Origin: Phycisphaerae bacterium
Lineage (GTDB): Bacteria; Planctomycetota; Phycisphaerae; UBA1845
Reading direction: 5' to 3'
NCBI GenBank assembly: GCA_963666835.2
Contig: CAXXGO010000006.1
Coordinates: forward strand, 1,056,001 to 1,120,000
Length of the DNA stretch: 64,000 nucleotides
The number at the start of each line of letters is the position of its first letter. Within the stretch, counting starts at the first letter, position 1. The position numbers and the translations under genes were made by a program. Positions 1 through 11,188 of the stretch are shown here, piece by piece. The notes below the pieces were generated by a model that ran no database searches, was not told where the DNA came from, and was given only the letters and a program-made list of their open reading frames with translations.

Positions 1-293
1 GCCGCAATGGCGCGCATCGCGCGAAGATCTCGTAGGGCACGGTCGAGGCACGAGACCTGCCGCAACGGCGCGCATCGCGCGAAGATCTCGTAGGGCACGG
101 TCGAGGCACGAGACCTGCCGCAATGGCGCGCATCGCGCGAAGATCTCGTAGGGCACGGTCGAGGCACGAGACCTGCCGCAACGGCGCGCATCGCGCGAAG
201 ATCTCGTAGGGCACGGTCGAGGCACGAGACCTGCCGCAACGGCGCGCATCGCGCGAAGATCTCGTAGGGCACGGTCGAGGCACGAGACCTGCC
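1..293 (+). repeat. Tandem array of five 58-bp units, each with a GTAG-type REP (GTAGGGCACGGTCGAGGCACGAGACCTGCC)
   Basis: Units start at 1, 59, 117, 175, 233 and are near identical. The REP has a 5' GTAG and a bulged hairpin GGCA(C)GGTC..GACC-TGCC. May extend left of the window. Confidence 0.9.
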
Positions 294-496
294 GCTATAC
301 GGTGCCACACACTGTAGGCAGGATGCCTGCGCCACAAGCTCCGCGGACCACGTCGTCGACCTGCCTTCGCAGTTCCCCGGAATGTAGCGCCAGGGCTTGT
401 CCCTGGCGTGGAAGCCCGATGAACAATCCGGGCTATGCGTGCCTCGTCCTTGCGCAGCGAGAGTGGGGGACCGGTGGCCAATGCCGTAATACCCGG

Positions 497-571
497 CCGA
501 CAAGCATGGCCACGCCGAACCGGGTCGAGGTTCCGGTGTTCCTTCGCGCGTGGCCATGGCACCCGGCGGTT
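497..571. repeat. ~70-bp palindromic repeat, copy 1
   Basis: ccgacaagCATGGCCACGC...GCGTGGCCATGgcaccc; second copy at ~1503-1572. Confidence 0.75.
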
Positions 572-928
572 TGCGGCTATTCGGGCGATCCCTGAAACCG
601 TCCGCCGGCCCTTCGGGACACCCCGTAGCGTAGGCTCCCAGCCTGCCTCGAGGTCCGCCCTCCTCCGGCCCTTCGGGACGGGAGCACGTGGGGAGCAACC
701 TCACCCACGGGTTCCGCTTCGCTCCACCCGTGGCTACATGCCTATGTCCCTTCGGGACAGTTGCCCGCATGGCGGCCTGACAAGGTTAGTACCATTGGGC
801 TTTGCCCCACGCTTTCTGGAGTTGCTTGCCTTAACCGGCGGAGCCCAACCTACCATGCTTCGCTCTTGTTGAGTGGGCACCCGCGCCGAGTTGTGCGGGA
901 TATTTTCATATCATCCACCGAGTTACAC

Positions 929-957
929 TTGACATGCCGACGTGGGTGTGGTAGTAT
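929..957 (+). promoter_or_regulatory. Near-consensus sigma70 promoter, candidate for the Rhs locus
   Basis: TTGACA (929-934), 17 bp, TAGTAT (952-957), with extended -10 TG at 949-950. Confidence 0.6.
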
Positions 958-1502
958 ATGCATATAGGCACGATTAGGTCGGGGGATTCAATCCCTATCC
1001 TGCGTGGCATATCGTTTTTGTGAAGGTTGTCTGGCCGGTCGGGTCGGTCGTTGGTGACATATAAGGTGCGCAAACGCTCAAGGTGCGCGCGATCATTGAA
1101 TGCGCTTCGGGCGCAAGGCGCTGCCCGTGCGCCGTCTTTTCGTTGCTTCGAGTACCCGCACGCCATTCCCGCCGCGGGCAAGGCCGTGCTACTGCCGCGT
1201 TGCTTCAATCACGGCCTTGTCGTTTACGCGGCGGGATGGTTGCGGGAGTGCCGCTCGAAGACCGTTGTGTTCACTAGGTGTAGGGGTGTTGTGGCGACGG
1301 CGTGGCGCTGTTGTCTCTTTGCTGTGGCGCGAGAAGAAGATTTTGACGAGAAGGGGATTTTCCATGAGCGCGCCGAGCGCAGTTTTCGTTTAGATGGTAT
1401 AGGAGGTGGACGGGAGAATGCACGGGTCTGCACTGTCGCCGATTCGAACACACACGACGCCTACGCGATTGCCCAGTGCAGCGTCGATGCTGCAGTACTC
1501 TG

Positions 1503-1572
1503 CCGACAAGCATGGCCACGCCGAAGCGGGTCGAGGTTGCAGCTTTCCTTCGCGCGTGGCCATGGCACCCAG
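1503..1572. repeat. ~70-bp palindromic repeat, copy 2
   Basis: Same arms as 497-571. Confidence 0.75.
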
Positions 1573-1720
1573 CATCCCTCGTCGCTGTCGCGTGGCAGCA
1601 GTCCCGATACACAAGTTTCAGGTCATTCACATCTGCCGCCGTTGGGATTCGGCGGTCTTTTGGCTTCAGGCTCGCGGCCAATCAATCGCGGGCCGGGCTC
1701 TTTCTTGGAGATAAGGAGTA

Positions 1721-4700
1721 ATGAAGAAGAAGCATCACAGAGGCGATCGGAGCAGGCGCGGCGATCTCGCCGCGGGACGGAGGCCTTCAACCGGTGCAAC
1801 GCCGGCGACAACTCTCTTGGAGGGCCGATCCGGCAAAACGCCCATTCCCGGCCCAAGCGGGGCCAACCGCCGCTGGGCTCGCCTGCTGATCGGCGGAGCC
1901 CTCGTAACCGCCGCGGTGGCGGTGGCCGTGGTGGTTGTTTCGACCAGCTATCCGGGCGGGGATGCCAACAAGGCCGCGGCGGAGGTTCTTCCGCCCGATC
2001 CGCTGGATAACCCCTTCTCGGTCGAGCCGATCGAGCCGACGCCGCACGTGTCGTGCAATCCGGTGGCCCAGCCGGGGGCGCCCAGGCCGTGGGAGGCGGG
2101 CATCTCGGTCTCGCCCTACTCCACGATGAACGCGGTCAACCGAAACGTTCTTACGGTGATTCCGATTGTCAGTTGGTCGGGCGTCGGGCCGGACGTGTCA
2201 TTTTCGCTCTATCACAATTCGGCGAACTTCGATTCCGAGCTCGATCTCACCCGCGGAATGGGCTTTCGAATCCGACCAGATTGGACGACTTCCTATAGCA
2301 CGCAGATTGTCGATATGGAGACGCTCGGGAAACTGGTGATCGCCGACGACGGAACGCAGGATCTGTACACTCCGAACGGTGAGGGTTGGGATGCCCCTCC
2401 GGGCGTGCATGATGTCCTCACGTTCGATGGAATCAACTACACCCTGAAGCACAAGGATCAGTCGTACCATTCGTTCGATGCCGACGGGCTCCTGGTGGCC
2501 GTGGTCGACGCCGTGGGCAACACCCTGGAGATCGAACGGGACGCGAGTGGACAGATGACCGCGATCAAGGACGCCGCTGACCGCAAGCTGGAATTCGGTG
2601 TTTCGGAGTTCGATTACTTGATGACCATTACCGATCCCATCGAACCCGGGGATGATGGTGATGTTATCAGCGAACGGGTGTGGCAGATCTGTTCGGAGAA
2701 CTGGGGCAAATTCCACGGCGTTACGGATCCCATGGGTTACTTCATATCCATCGAGCGTGACGCCGATGGGCGGATCGACGAAATCAGCGATAAGCACGTT
2801 CCGGAGTCGGGGTACACCGCCCCGAAATACGTCTTCGAGTACGTCGAAGCCGGCAACGTCGATCGAGCCGCGTTGCTGCGCGTGGTTGACCCGCTCGGCG
2901 TTTACCAGGAGTTCTCCAGCCGCTCTATGGTGGACTTCCACGGGGCGATGACCCACACCGACGATCACGGGCACGATTGGTCGTACGAGTACACGTGCGA
3001 GTATCCGGTCTAACCCGCCTATGGCGAGGCGATAACGAACGGTCCGCTCACCGCCATTGAGAACCCGCTCGGCGAGCGGCAATCCTACGAGTGGGACGAC
3101 GACCGCAACAAGACGGTCCAACGCGATGCTCTCGGAAACGAGTGGACACAGGAATACGATGATCGGGGCAACATGACCAAGGCCACCGACCCGCTTGGGC
3201 ACGAACGAAATTGGGAGTACGACGAATACAACAACGTCAGATATCATTGGTATTACACGGACTGGATGCAGAGTCACTGGGTGATAACGGACTACGATCA
3301 ACCGGGTTACCCCACGCTGCCGACGCGGCGCGCCGAGAGCCCCGCGGGCGTCGAGGACGCAGAGACGTTCTTCACATACTACCTGCAAGATCCGCCGGGA
3401 TTCGAGGACGGTGCCCACCGGCACGGCCTGCCCAAGACCGTTACGGACCCGAACGGGGTGGTGACGACCTTTGACTACGACGAGTGGGGCCAGCCGAGCT
3501 TCTATGCCGAGGGGGACACAGCAACATCGGGTGACCCGTCTTACGTCTACCGGCTGTATTCGTCCAATGATTCAGGATCACGCCCGAACATCGTCGCACC
3601 GGCCGGTCCCGGGCCGAGGGATCCGAGCGACAAGAGCTCGCTTCCCGCGGGGGGCGGGGCCATGACACACAACGCGAACAGCTACACGACGAGCAGCAGT
3701 TGTCGCTTCGCGTGCAAGGGAACGTGTCCCCCGGCGGGCGACTTTGCCCCACCGGACGGGTTCCCGCGCATTCCGGGTTTGGCGGTCAGTCCGACGCTCG
3801 ATTATCATTTTCTTGACTGGAAGGCTGAGTATTCGCCCAAAGGCGAGTTGCTGAACTGGTGGGTACCCGAGCCGGATTCCGTCACCCACTCGACGACCGG
3901 TCGGCACTTTCGAATGATGGAATACAACGACGTCGGTGAGCTGGAGGAGATCACCGTCGCCCGCGAGGCTTGGGGGATGGCACACCCTCGCACCTTCACG
4001 TACGATCGTGAGCGTGTTCAAGTGTCCGGCGGGCCGACTAACTGGCACAGGTACACCGGTAAGCAGACTCGGGGCGGCCCGGATGGGACGGAGACTGTCA
4101 CGCAACTCGACGCCGCCGGGCGGGTTGAGTCGGTTTTGCGGCGGCGGGTGGACACGGGCGGAGTGTTGCTTCGGGCCGAGTATTCGTATTATGCCAACGG
4201 GCAGCTTCGCCAGGTTCGATTCAGTAACGATGCGACGGTCGAATACAGCTACGACGCGGCCGGGCGGATTACGGCAATCACGCACCGCGACTACCTCGAT
4301 TACATCATGTTGCGGCTGAGTTATGAATACGATCCGCACGACGCTCGTGGACTGCCGACCAGGATCACGGAGGAAGAAGATACGCTGTACGGTCGGGTGA
4401 CCAAGGCGGTGACGACGTTTCGCTACGACGGAGCGGGGCGGCTGGTCCGCGAGACGCGGGTGGCGAATACGTTATCGTCGTATGATCTGGTTTACACGTA
4501 CGACCTGGGCGGGAATCGGCTGAGCACGATCGACGAGGTGAACGAGGTCGAGACGGTTTATCATCATGACGTCGAGGACGAGGCGGATTATGTGTACGGC
4601 AGCGCCAATAATCGCCTAATGTACTTCGAGACGTTTGACACGAGCGCGCACGGGCACGAGCTCGTCTCGACAACGTATTATTACTACAACGACTACGGCA

Positions 4701-5752
4701 ACATCACGCGGAAGGTGACGCGGCTTGCCAATCCGGAGCCTGGAGAGCGGGAGTATCAAGCGACGTACCTGAGGTACGCGACGAACGGGCAGGCCGTGAC
4801 GTATCTGCTGGGCGAGGAATGGGATTGGAACGGGAATCCACTCGCCGAGGTCACGAATTATGCGGTGACTTTCGGCCGGGAGTTCTGGTATGATGGCGCC
4901 CGGCAGCGATTCCTGAATCGCGAGTTTGATCCGGTCGAATTGACGGGTGACAACATGGTCGTGCTATCCGAAACGTGGTCGGATTATGCGGGCGACAACA
5001 TCTACGCGGATTTCACGCTTAATGGGTCGGACGTGACTATCGCGCAGATCCACGAGCCGGGCATCGGGAAGATGGAGACTCCGTTTGACGTTCCCGAGTC
5101 GGCCTACTACCACGCCGACCACATCGGCACGACCCGTCTGCTCGGCTGGAGCGACTTCTTCGAACCGCGCGACCCGGCCGTGTACACCGCGTTCGGTAGC
5201 TTGGTATCCGGCACGAACCACCGCTACGGCTACGCCGGCAAACACGGCTACCAAGCCCACGCCGACACCCCCTTCCTCCACGTCGGAGCCCGTTACTACG
5301 ACCCGGACACGGGCCGGTTCCTGCAGCGGGATCCGATTGGGATTGGCGGGGGGATGAATGTGTATGCGTATGTGTACAACAACCCAGTGTCACAGACTGA
5401 CCCGAGTGGACATGGATGGTTCGATATTAAGGTATGGGGTGCCAAGGTCTACCTTTTGGCAACCGGTGGTCGGACGTCGTGGCTGGATAATCCTTTGAGT
5501 GTGCAAAGTGCGCAACGTAGAATGCAGGGTCTCGGCGCGGGCTTGGTTCTCGCCTGTGCTTTTCCGGTTGCCGCTCCATATGCTGCTGTGGCCTGGGGAG
5601 GGGCTCGCGTTGGCGGAATAAGTACTGGGAGTCGAGCAGTGGATGACTATCTGGATGGAGGTGCCTTGGGTGCCGGAATAGCAACGCTTCCCAAGATACC
5701 CTTCGCGCCAAAACACGGGATGCTCAAGCCACCGCTGGGAGGTCCGCTTTGA
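1721..5752 (+). pseudogene. Full-length Rhs/YD-repeat polymorphic toxin interrupted by one in-frame TAA at 3011-3013 (or a sequencing error)
   Basis: AAGGAG RBS; N-terminal hydrophobic helix; YD repeats. ORFs 1721-3013 and 3173-5752 share a frame and the gap reads [23 protein letters not shown]. Core ends [28 protein letters not shown], then a Gly/Ala-rich tip. Confidence 0.9.
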
Positions 5753-5824
5753 CCATAGTGCTGTCTGTTATTGCGTTAGAAGGACCTATTCTCCCAGACG
5801 GCCTACTGACAGAAGGAGTATGCT

Positions 5825-6589
5825 ATGGTTATTGAGTTTATAAGGAAGCCTCATTTATGGGGATTCCGTGACCCGCTTTGTTGTTTCGATGCTTTCCAGT
5901 TCATCGCCTACTACGGTGGCGTGTGCTACCTTTTTGGCCCCCTGTTTGTCGGTACCAACGCCAGCGGGATATGGGTCATGGCTATTCTCGCCCCCTTTGC
6001 CATCGGCCCCTGCTTCTGGCTGCGCGAGAGACTGTTGGATCGTCGCGCGCGCGAGGGGCCTGGGACGTTGCCGGACTGCATCTTAGCTTCGTTCAAGATC
6101 GCGGGGCGGGCAGCCCAGATGCAACGAGTTCTGGCACGGCAGCTGCCTCGGAAGCCGGATGGCTGGCGTTTTCGCACCGGGCTCACGTCTGCGCAGCACG
6201 CCGCGCTTCTGGCGGTTGTCTTGGTCGTCTTGCCGGGAATGCGGTTGCTGGAGTGCTCACCGGTAACGCTTTCACTGGTTTGTCTCGGTGCCGATGTGAC
6301 ACTTCTGCTTCAGTACGCTTTCGAAAGGCACGCATACATCGTCCGAGGTGGATCATTAATCGTGGAGCGTCGTAACAGACTGATCGTTACTGCAAGTCGG
6401 GTCATACCGCTAAGTGCGGCGGCCGTGGAAGCCGATTTGGCGGAGGGCATCTTGAGGATACGTACGACCGAGGAGACAATGTCGATCGATCTGCGGAGTA
6501 TTCTCAACCCGCATGGCCTCCTGAGCGCAGTTCTGAGCGCACGGATCGAAACGGAGGTCGAGCTAGGTGCGGTGGAAGCCTGCGTTTAG
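5825..6589 (+). CDS. Putative immunity membrane protein for tip 1
   Basis: AAGGAG RBS, ~4 hydrophobic segments, directly after the Rhs tip. Confidence 0.7.
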   Translation: MVIEFIRKPHLWGFRDPLCCFDAFQFIAYYGGVCYLFGPLFVGTNASGIWVMAILAPFAIGPCFWLRERLLDRRAREGPGTLPDCILASFKIAGRAAQMQRVLARQLPRKPDGWRFRTGLTSAQHAALLAVVLVVLPGMRLLECSPVTLSLVCLGADVTLLLQYAFERHAYIVRGGSLIVERRNRLIVTASRVIPLSAAAVEADLAEGILRIRTTEETMSIDLRSILNPHGLLSAVLSARIETEVELGAVEACV

Positions 6590-6595
6590 ATCGCA

Positions 6596-6692
6596 GATAC
6601 GGTCGGCAGTCGCTTTGACGGTCGACCACAGTTACTGCATTCGTGCCACCTCGCGGCACCGAGCGGGTTGATCCGTTCGGTGCCGCGGGTGG
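6596..6692 (+). repeat. Cassette-boundary element, copy 1
   Basis: Hairpin 6646-6692: CCACC-t-CGCGGCACCGAGCGG-gttgat-CCGTTCGGTGCCGCG-GGTGG. Confidence 0.9.
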
Positions 6693-6695
6693 TTT

Positions 6696-8510
6696 GTGGT
6701 TCGCGCATTCACGTACGATCGCGAGCGGGTCATGGCCGCAGCGGGATCGTTGTTCTATTGGTGGAAGTACACCGGCAAGCAGACTCGGGTCGGGCCGGAT
6801 GGGGCGGAGACTGTCACGCAGCTCGACGCGGCCGGGCGGGTTGAGTCGGTTTTGCGGCGGCGGGCAGACACCGGCGCGACGCTGCTGAATGCCGAGTATT
6901 CGTACTATGCCAACGGGCAGCTTCGCCGGGTCGATTATGCCAACAGCGCGGCCGTCGAGTACGCGTACGACGCGGCCGGGCGGATTACGGCGATCAATCA
7001 CCTGAACGCCGCCGGTCAGATCATGTTGCGGCTGAATTACGAATACGATCCGTATGACGTCCGCGGGCTGCCGATTATGATCACGGAAGAACAAGACACG
7101 CTGGCCGGCACGGTGACGACGGCCGTGACGACGTTTGAGTATGACGGGCTGGGACGGCTGAAACACGAGACGCGGGTTGGCGATCCGGCGTCGTCCTATG
7201 ATCTGGCGTACACCCACGACGCGGGTGGGAATCGGCTGAGCACGATCGACGAGGTGAACCACGTCGAGACGGTGTATCATTACGACGTCGAGGACGAGGC
7301 GGAGTACGTCTACGACAGCTTCAATAACCGTTTGATGTATTTCGAGACGTTCGATACGAGCGGTGCCGAGGCTGAGCTGGTCTCGACCACGTACTACTTC
7401 TACAACGATTACGGGAACGTCACGCGGAAGGTGACGGAGTTGGCGGACCCCGAGCCGGGCGAGAAGAAGTATCGTTCGACGTATCTCAAGTACGCGACGA
7501 ACGGGCACGCCGTGACGTATCTCGTGGGCGAGGAGTGGACCTATCCGGAGTCGGATTATGCGGTGACGTTTGCCCGGGAGTTCTGGTATGATGGTGCCCG
7601 GCAAAGGTTCTTGAATCGCGAGTTTGATCCGGTCGCGTTGACGGGTGACAACATGGTCGTGCTATCCGAAACGTGGTCGGATTATGCGGGCGACAGCATC
7701 TATGCGGATTTCACGCTTAACGGGTCGACGTTGACCGTGCCGCGGATCTACGAGCCCGGTATCGGCAAGGTGGAAGACCCGTTTGGCACCTTCGATCGAG
7801 CGTACTACCACGCTGATCATATCGGCACGACGCGGCTGCTCGGCTGGAGCGACTTCTTCGAACCGCGCGACTCGGCCGTGTACACCGCCTTCGGTAGCTT
7901 GGTCACCGGCACAAACCACCGCTACGGCTACGCCGGCAAACACGGCTACCAGGCCCACGCCGAAACCCCCTTCCTCCACCTCGGAGCCCGCTACTACGAC
8001 CCGGACACGGGCCGGTTCTTGCAGCGGGATCCGATCGGGATATTCGGCGGACTGGATGTGTATGAGTATTGCTCCAGCAATCCGGTGGCCTCGATCGATC
8101 CGAGTGGAAACGGGAACTTCGGCAGCCTCAATGGCGATGCGCAGTATCGTAGTTGGCGTGAACAGGGTTACTCACCGTCCAGCGCCAGCAGGCAAATGGA
8201 ACGCATGGCACCCGATGAGTTCAAGGCCGGACTGATGGTCGGTGTAGGTCTCGGAACGGCCATGGCGGCGTGGTACGCGGCGCCTTACATCGCCAGCGCG
8301 GCAGCTGCTGCGCCAGGGGTCGTCGCCGGTGGTGCTCGGGCCGTCGCCAGCGGTGCTAGAGCGGCGGGCCCCGCTATCGCATGCGGCGCAAGGGCAGCTT
8401 GGCCGTATGTTCGACGAGCAGGAGCGTCGGGACTGAGTGAATTCTGGAAGGGGGCGGCCTGGACAGCCGGCGCGCTGGTGAGCGCCTATGCAGCGAGCCA
8501 GCTTCTTTAG
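6696..8510 (+). CDS. Orphan 5'-truncated Rhs core plus tip 2 (Ala/Gly-rich, hydrophobic)
   Basis: Starts at [10 protein letters not shown] (same point as ~3989 in the main gene); Rhs core signature and DPSG. Confidence 0.85.
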   Translation: MVRAFTYDRERVMAAAGSLFYWWKYTGKQTRVGPDGAETVTQLDAAGRVESVLRRRADTGATLLNAEYSYYANGQLRRVDYANSAAVEYAYDAAGRITAINHLNAAGQIMLRLNYEYDPYDVRGLPIMITEEQDTLAGTVTTAVTTFEYDGLGRLKHETRVGDPASSYDLAYTHDAGGNRLSTIDEVNHVETVYHYDVEDEAEYVYDSFNNRLMYFETFDTSGAEAELVSTTYYFYNDYGNVTRKVTELADPEPGEKKYRSTYLKYATNGHAVTYLVGEEWTYPESDYAVTFAREFWYDGARQRFLNREFDPVALTGDNMVVLSETWSDYAGDSIYADFTLNGSTLTVPRIYEPGIGKVEDPFGTFDRAYYHADHIGTTRLLGWSDFFEPRDSAVYTAFGSLVTGTNHRYGYAGKHGYQAHAETPFLHLGARYYDPDTGRFLQRDPIGIFGGLDVYEYCSSNPVASIDPSGNGNFGSLNGDAQYRSWREQGYSPSSASRQMERMAPDEFKAGLMVGVGLGTAMAAWYAAPYIASAAAAAPGVVAGGARAVASGARAAGPAIACGARAAWPYVRRAGASGLSEFWKGAAWTAGALVSAYAASQLL

Positions 8511-8541
8511 CAGGGTGGAAGCACGAAACGGAGAAACGCCA

Positions 8542-11188
8542 ATGAACAGTTGGTTCGTCCCGGGATGTGTTGCGGCGGTATTGCTATCTAGGCTGATTGG
8601 CGGGCGCCTATGTAAGCGGTTCGCCGATCGCATGTTCTCCACGGAGCTATCGCATTTTGGTGATGCTCGGGATAGGAAGGCAGCATTGGACAATGCGAAC
8701 CCGTTCAGCGCAAGCAAGTCCCTGTGGCGGTACCCGCTGCCCCTCGTGCAGGGGCTCGCCGCGGGGACGATCGCGACGCTTCTAGTCCTCCTGCTACGCA
8801 TTCCGAGCTCTGTCCCAGATGCACTTGCGTGGGGTTCGATCCTGTTTGTTATATTCGTTTTGACCATGTTGATTGAGCTATGGTCGGCCAGAAGGGCGAT
8901 CACTCGCGCGCTTCGCGAGCGACTGATTGCGGAGGGTACTATCGTTTGTCGTCGATGCGGCTACGATCTTCGCGGACAGATAGAGCAACGCTGCCCGGAG
9001 TGCGGGTGCGCCACGGAAAGCCTGGGAAAGGAGGATTGCGACATGGGTCCTTGATGACTGCATGAAACCTTTCGCCGGGACCCGGCAGGTATCCAATCCT
9101 GCCCGGCAAAGTAGACCGACAGCCGGAAGCGAGTCTTGCGTGGTGTACGGGTAACCTGCACTGCGAAGCGTAGACAGCGAGTGTGCAGGCCGTGTGATCG
9201 AGCCTCGAAAGAGGGCTATTCGTGGGAGCCGACGTCGTCCGCACTGTACGGAAGGCAGCATCGGATCGCCGCAATCGGTCTGGCGTATCCGATCCCACCG
9301 GGGTCTAAGAGCAGGGCATGTACACACGAGGGTCCCCCAGGAACGTGGGAGGTCCTGTCATCTCCACCCGGAACAAAGCGGCTTCGGGAGAGCCGGAGCC
9401 AATCTCCTGGCCCAGGGATCGGCGTCGGATTCCATGGGAGATACGAAGAGCCGGCGCTACGGGTGGTATTGCCAAGCGAAGGAAACGAAGTGCGGCGAAA
9501 CGGGTGGCAGGAAGTCGGAGTACCGAATAGTACCAAAGAACCGGGGGAATCCTACCCGTGGGAGACCCCGTGGAGGAAAGGCGGTACCGAATCATGGAAC
9601 CGTTAGAGGGACACACGCCGAACGCCCGGACGTTCGAGAGCGTGTCAACAAAACGACGGCGGATAGCGATGCGTGCGAAGCGAAGTCCGGAGATGAGCTT
9701 CACCACGTTAGCCCACCACATTGACTTAGCGTGGCTACGTTCTGCGTACGATCAGGTTCGCAAGGATGGAGCCCCCGGCGTCGACCGAGAGACGTCGGCC
9801 TCCTACGCAACGGATCTGAGGGCAAACCTCCAATCCCTGTTGGACCGTGCGAAGTCTGGGTTGTACAAAGCCCCGCCGGTGCGTCGGGTTCATATCCCGA
9901 AAGGCACCGGTGGCAAGACTCGGCCCATCGGCATTCCCACGTTCGAGGACAAGGTCCTGCAACGTGCGGTGGCGATGGTGCTGGAATCGATCTACGAGGA
10001 GGACTTTCTGGACTGCTCGTATGGCTTTCGCCCCGGACGCAGCGCCCATCAGGCGTTGGAGGCTTTGTACGAGCAGCAGAAAGCGACGCGGGCGGGGTGG
10101 ATTCTTGACGTGGATGTTCAGGGATTTTTCGATGCTCTGGATCATGCTCATCTTCGGGAGTTTCTCAAGCGACGGGTGCGAGATGGTGTACTGACACGAT
10201 TGATTGGTAAGTGGCTGAAAGCAGGCGTGCTGGAGGACGGACGGGTTACCCGCTCGACCACCGGCAGCCCGCAAGGGGGCGTGATCTCACCGATCCTGGC
10301 AAACGTCTATCTGCACTATGTGCTGGACGTTTGGTTTGAGCAGGAGGTGATCCCACGGCTCCACGGCCGGGCGTTTCTTATCCGCTATGCGGACGACTTC
10401 GTCATTGGGTTTTCCGATGAACGTGATGCCCATCGGGTGTTGGCGGTACTACCGAAGCGATTCAGTAAGTATGGCCTGACTGTTCATCCGGAGAAGACGC
10501 GATTGGTCCGGTTCAATCGGCCGAACGATCGCGACTCTACAGCCAAGGGCGATAGGCCGGAGTCGTTTGACTTTCTCGGCTTCACGCACCATTGGCGGAA
10601 GTCCTGGCGAGGGTACTGGGTTGTCTCTCGTAAGACGGCCTCTGATCGCCTGAGCCGCTCGCTCCGCAACATCTCGGCGTGGTGCCGTGACCATCGCCAC
10701 CTGAAGGTGCGCGAGCAGCATGCACGGCTCACGCAGAAGATACGCGGGCATTATGCCTACTACGGGATTACGGGTAATGGCAGTTCTCTGACAGCGTTCT
10801 GGGAGGGCGTCAAACGTGCGTGGCGGAAATGGCTTGGGCGAAGATCCCAACGCAGCTATTTCAACTGGGCAGCGTTTGTCCGCCTCATGGAGCGTTACCC
10901 GCTCCCCAAACCGGTCATCGTGCATTCAGTATACCACCGACAGCGAAACCAAGATTCGAGGAGCCGGATGCGGTAATTCCGCACGTCCGGATCTGTGGGG
11001 GGCCTGGGTGAGCAATCACCCAGGTCTACCCGACGAACGCGTTCGACATTCAGGCGATGATCGACAAGTCAGTTGAAGGGAAGACGGTGCTGGCGCCGGC
11101 GAGAGACGAAGAACAGTCGAGTGCCGATACAACCGATGGGCAAACAACGGGATCGAGTGACGGCTTGACGACCGACCATAGTGATTGA
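8542..11188 (+). CDS. Putative immunity membrane protein with C-terminal zinc ribbon, split by a group II intron (exons 8542-9005 and 11035-11188; 205 aa spliced)
   Basis: Spliced frame reads CRRCGYDLRGQIEQRCPECG-NAFDIQ..DHSD*; the paralog at 21576 reads CPECG-NPF. Confidence 0.85.
9006..11034 (+). mobile_element. Group II intron lacking an endonuclease domain
   Basis: 5' GTGCG at 9006; domain V GAGCCGGATGCG..CGCACGTCCGGATC near 10961; domain VI with bulged A (11028) ending AC at 11034; EBS1 CCGCACT (9239-9245) complementary to exon AGTGCGG (8999-9005). Confidence 0.93.
9558..10976 (+). CDS. ltrA: Group II intron reverse transcriptase/maturase (start may be ATG 9594)
   Basis: APGVD, RRVHIPK, RPIGIP, YGFRPGRS, GSPQGGVISP, RYADD, FDFLGF, X domain; no HNH domain. 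Confidence 0.95.
   Translation: MGDPVEERRYRIMEPLEGHTPNARTFESVSTKRRRIAMRAKRSPEMSFTTLAHHIDLAWLRSAYDQVRKDGAPGVDRETSASYATDLRANLQSLLDRAKSGLYKAPPVRRVHIPKGTGGKTRPIGIPTFEDKVLQRAVAMVLESIYEEDFLDCSYGFRPGRSAHQALEALYEQQKATRAGWILDVDVQGFFDALDHAHLREFLKRRVRDGVLTRLIGKWLKAGVLEDGRVTRSTTGSPQGGVISPILANVYLHYVLDVWFEQEVIPRLHGRAFLIRYADDFVIGFSDERDAHRVLAVLPKRFSKYGLTVHPEKTRLVRFNRPNDRDSTAKGDRPESFDFLGFTHHWRKSWRGYWVVSRKTASDRLSRSLRNISAWCRDHRHLKVREQHARLTQKIRGHYAYYGITGNGSSLTAFWEGVKRAWRKWLGRRSQRSYFNWAAFVRLMERYPLPKPVIVHSVYHRQRNQDSRSRMR

Noticed and set aside
1027..2010. 327-aa ORF upstream of and overlapping Rhs
   Set aside because: No motif, crosses a palindromic repeat, overlaps the better-supported 1721 start
8488..9054. 188-aa ORF as a complete immunity gene
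   Set aside because: Its last ~15 codons are intron sequence; the true 3' exon is 11035-11188
9558..10976. DGR or retron reverse transcriptase diversifying toxin tips
   Set aside because: The RT lies inside a complete group II intron; differences between tips 2 and 7 are not adenine-specific; no avd-like gene
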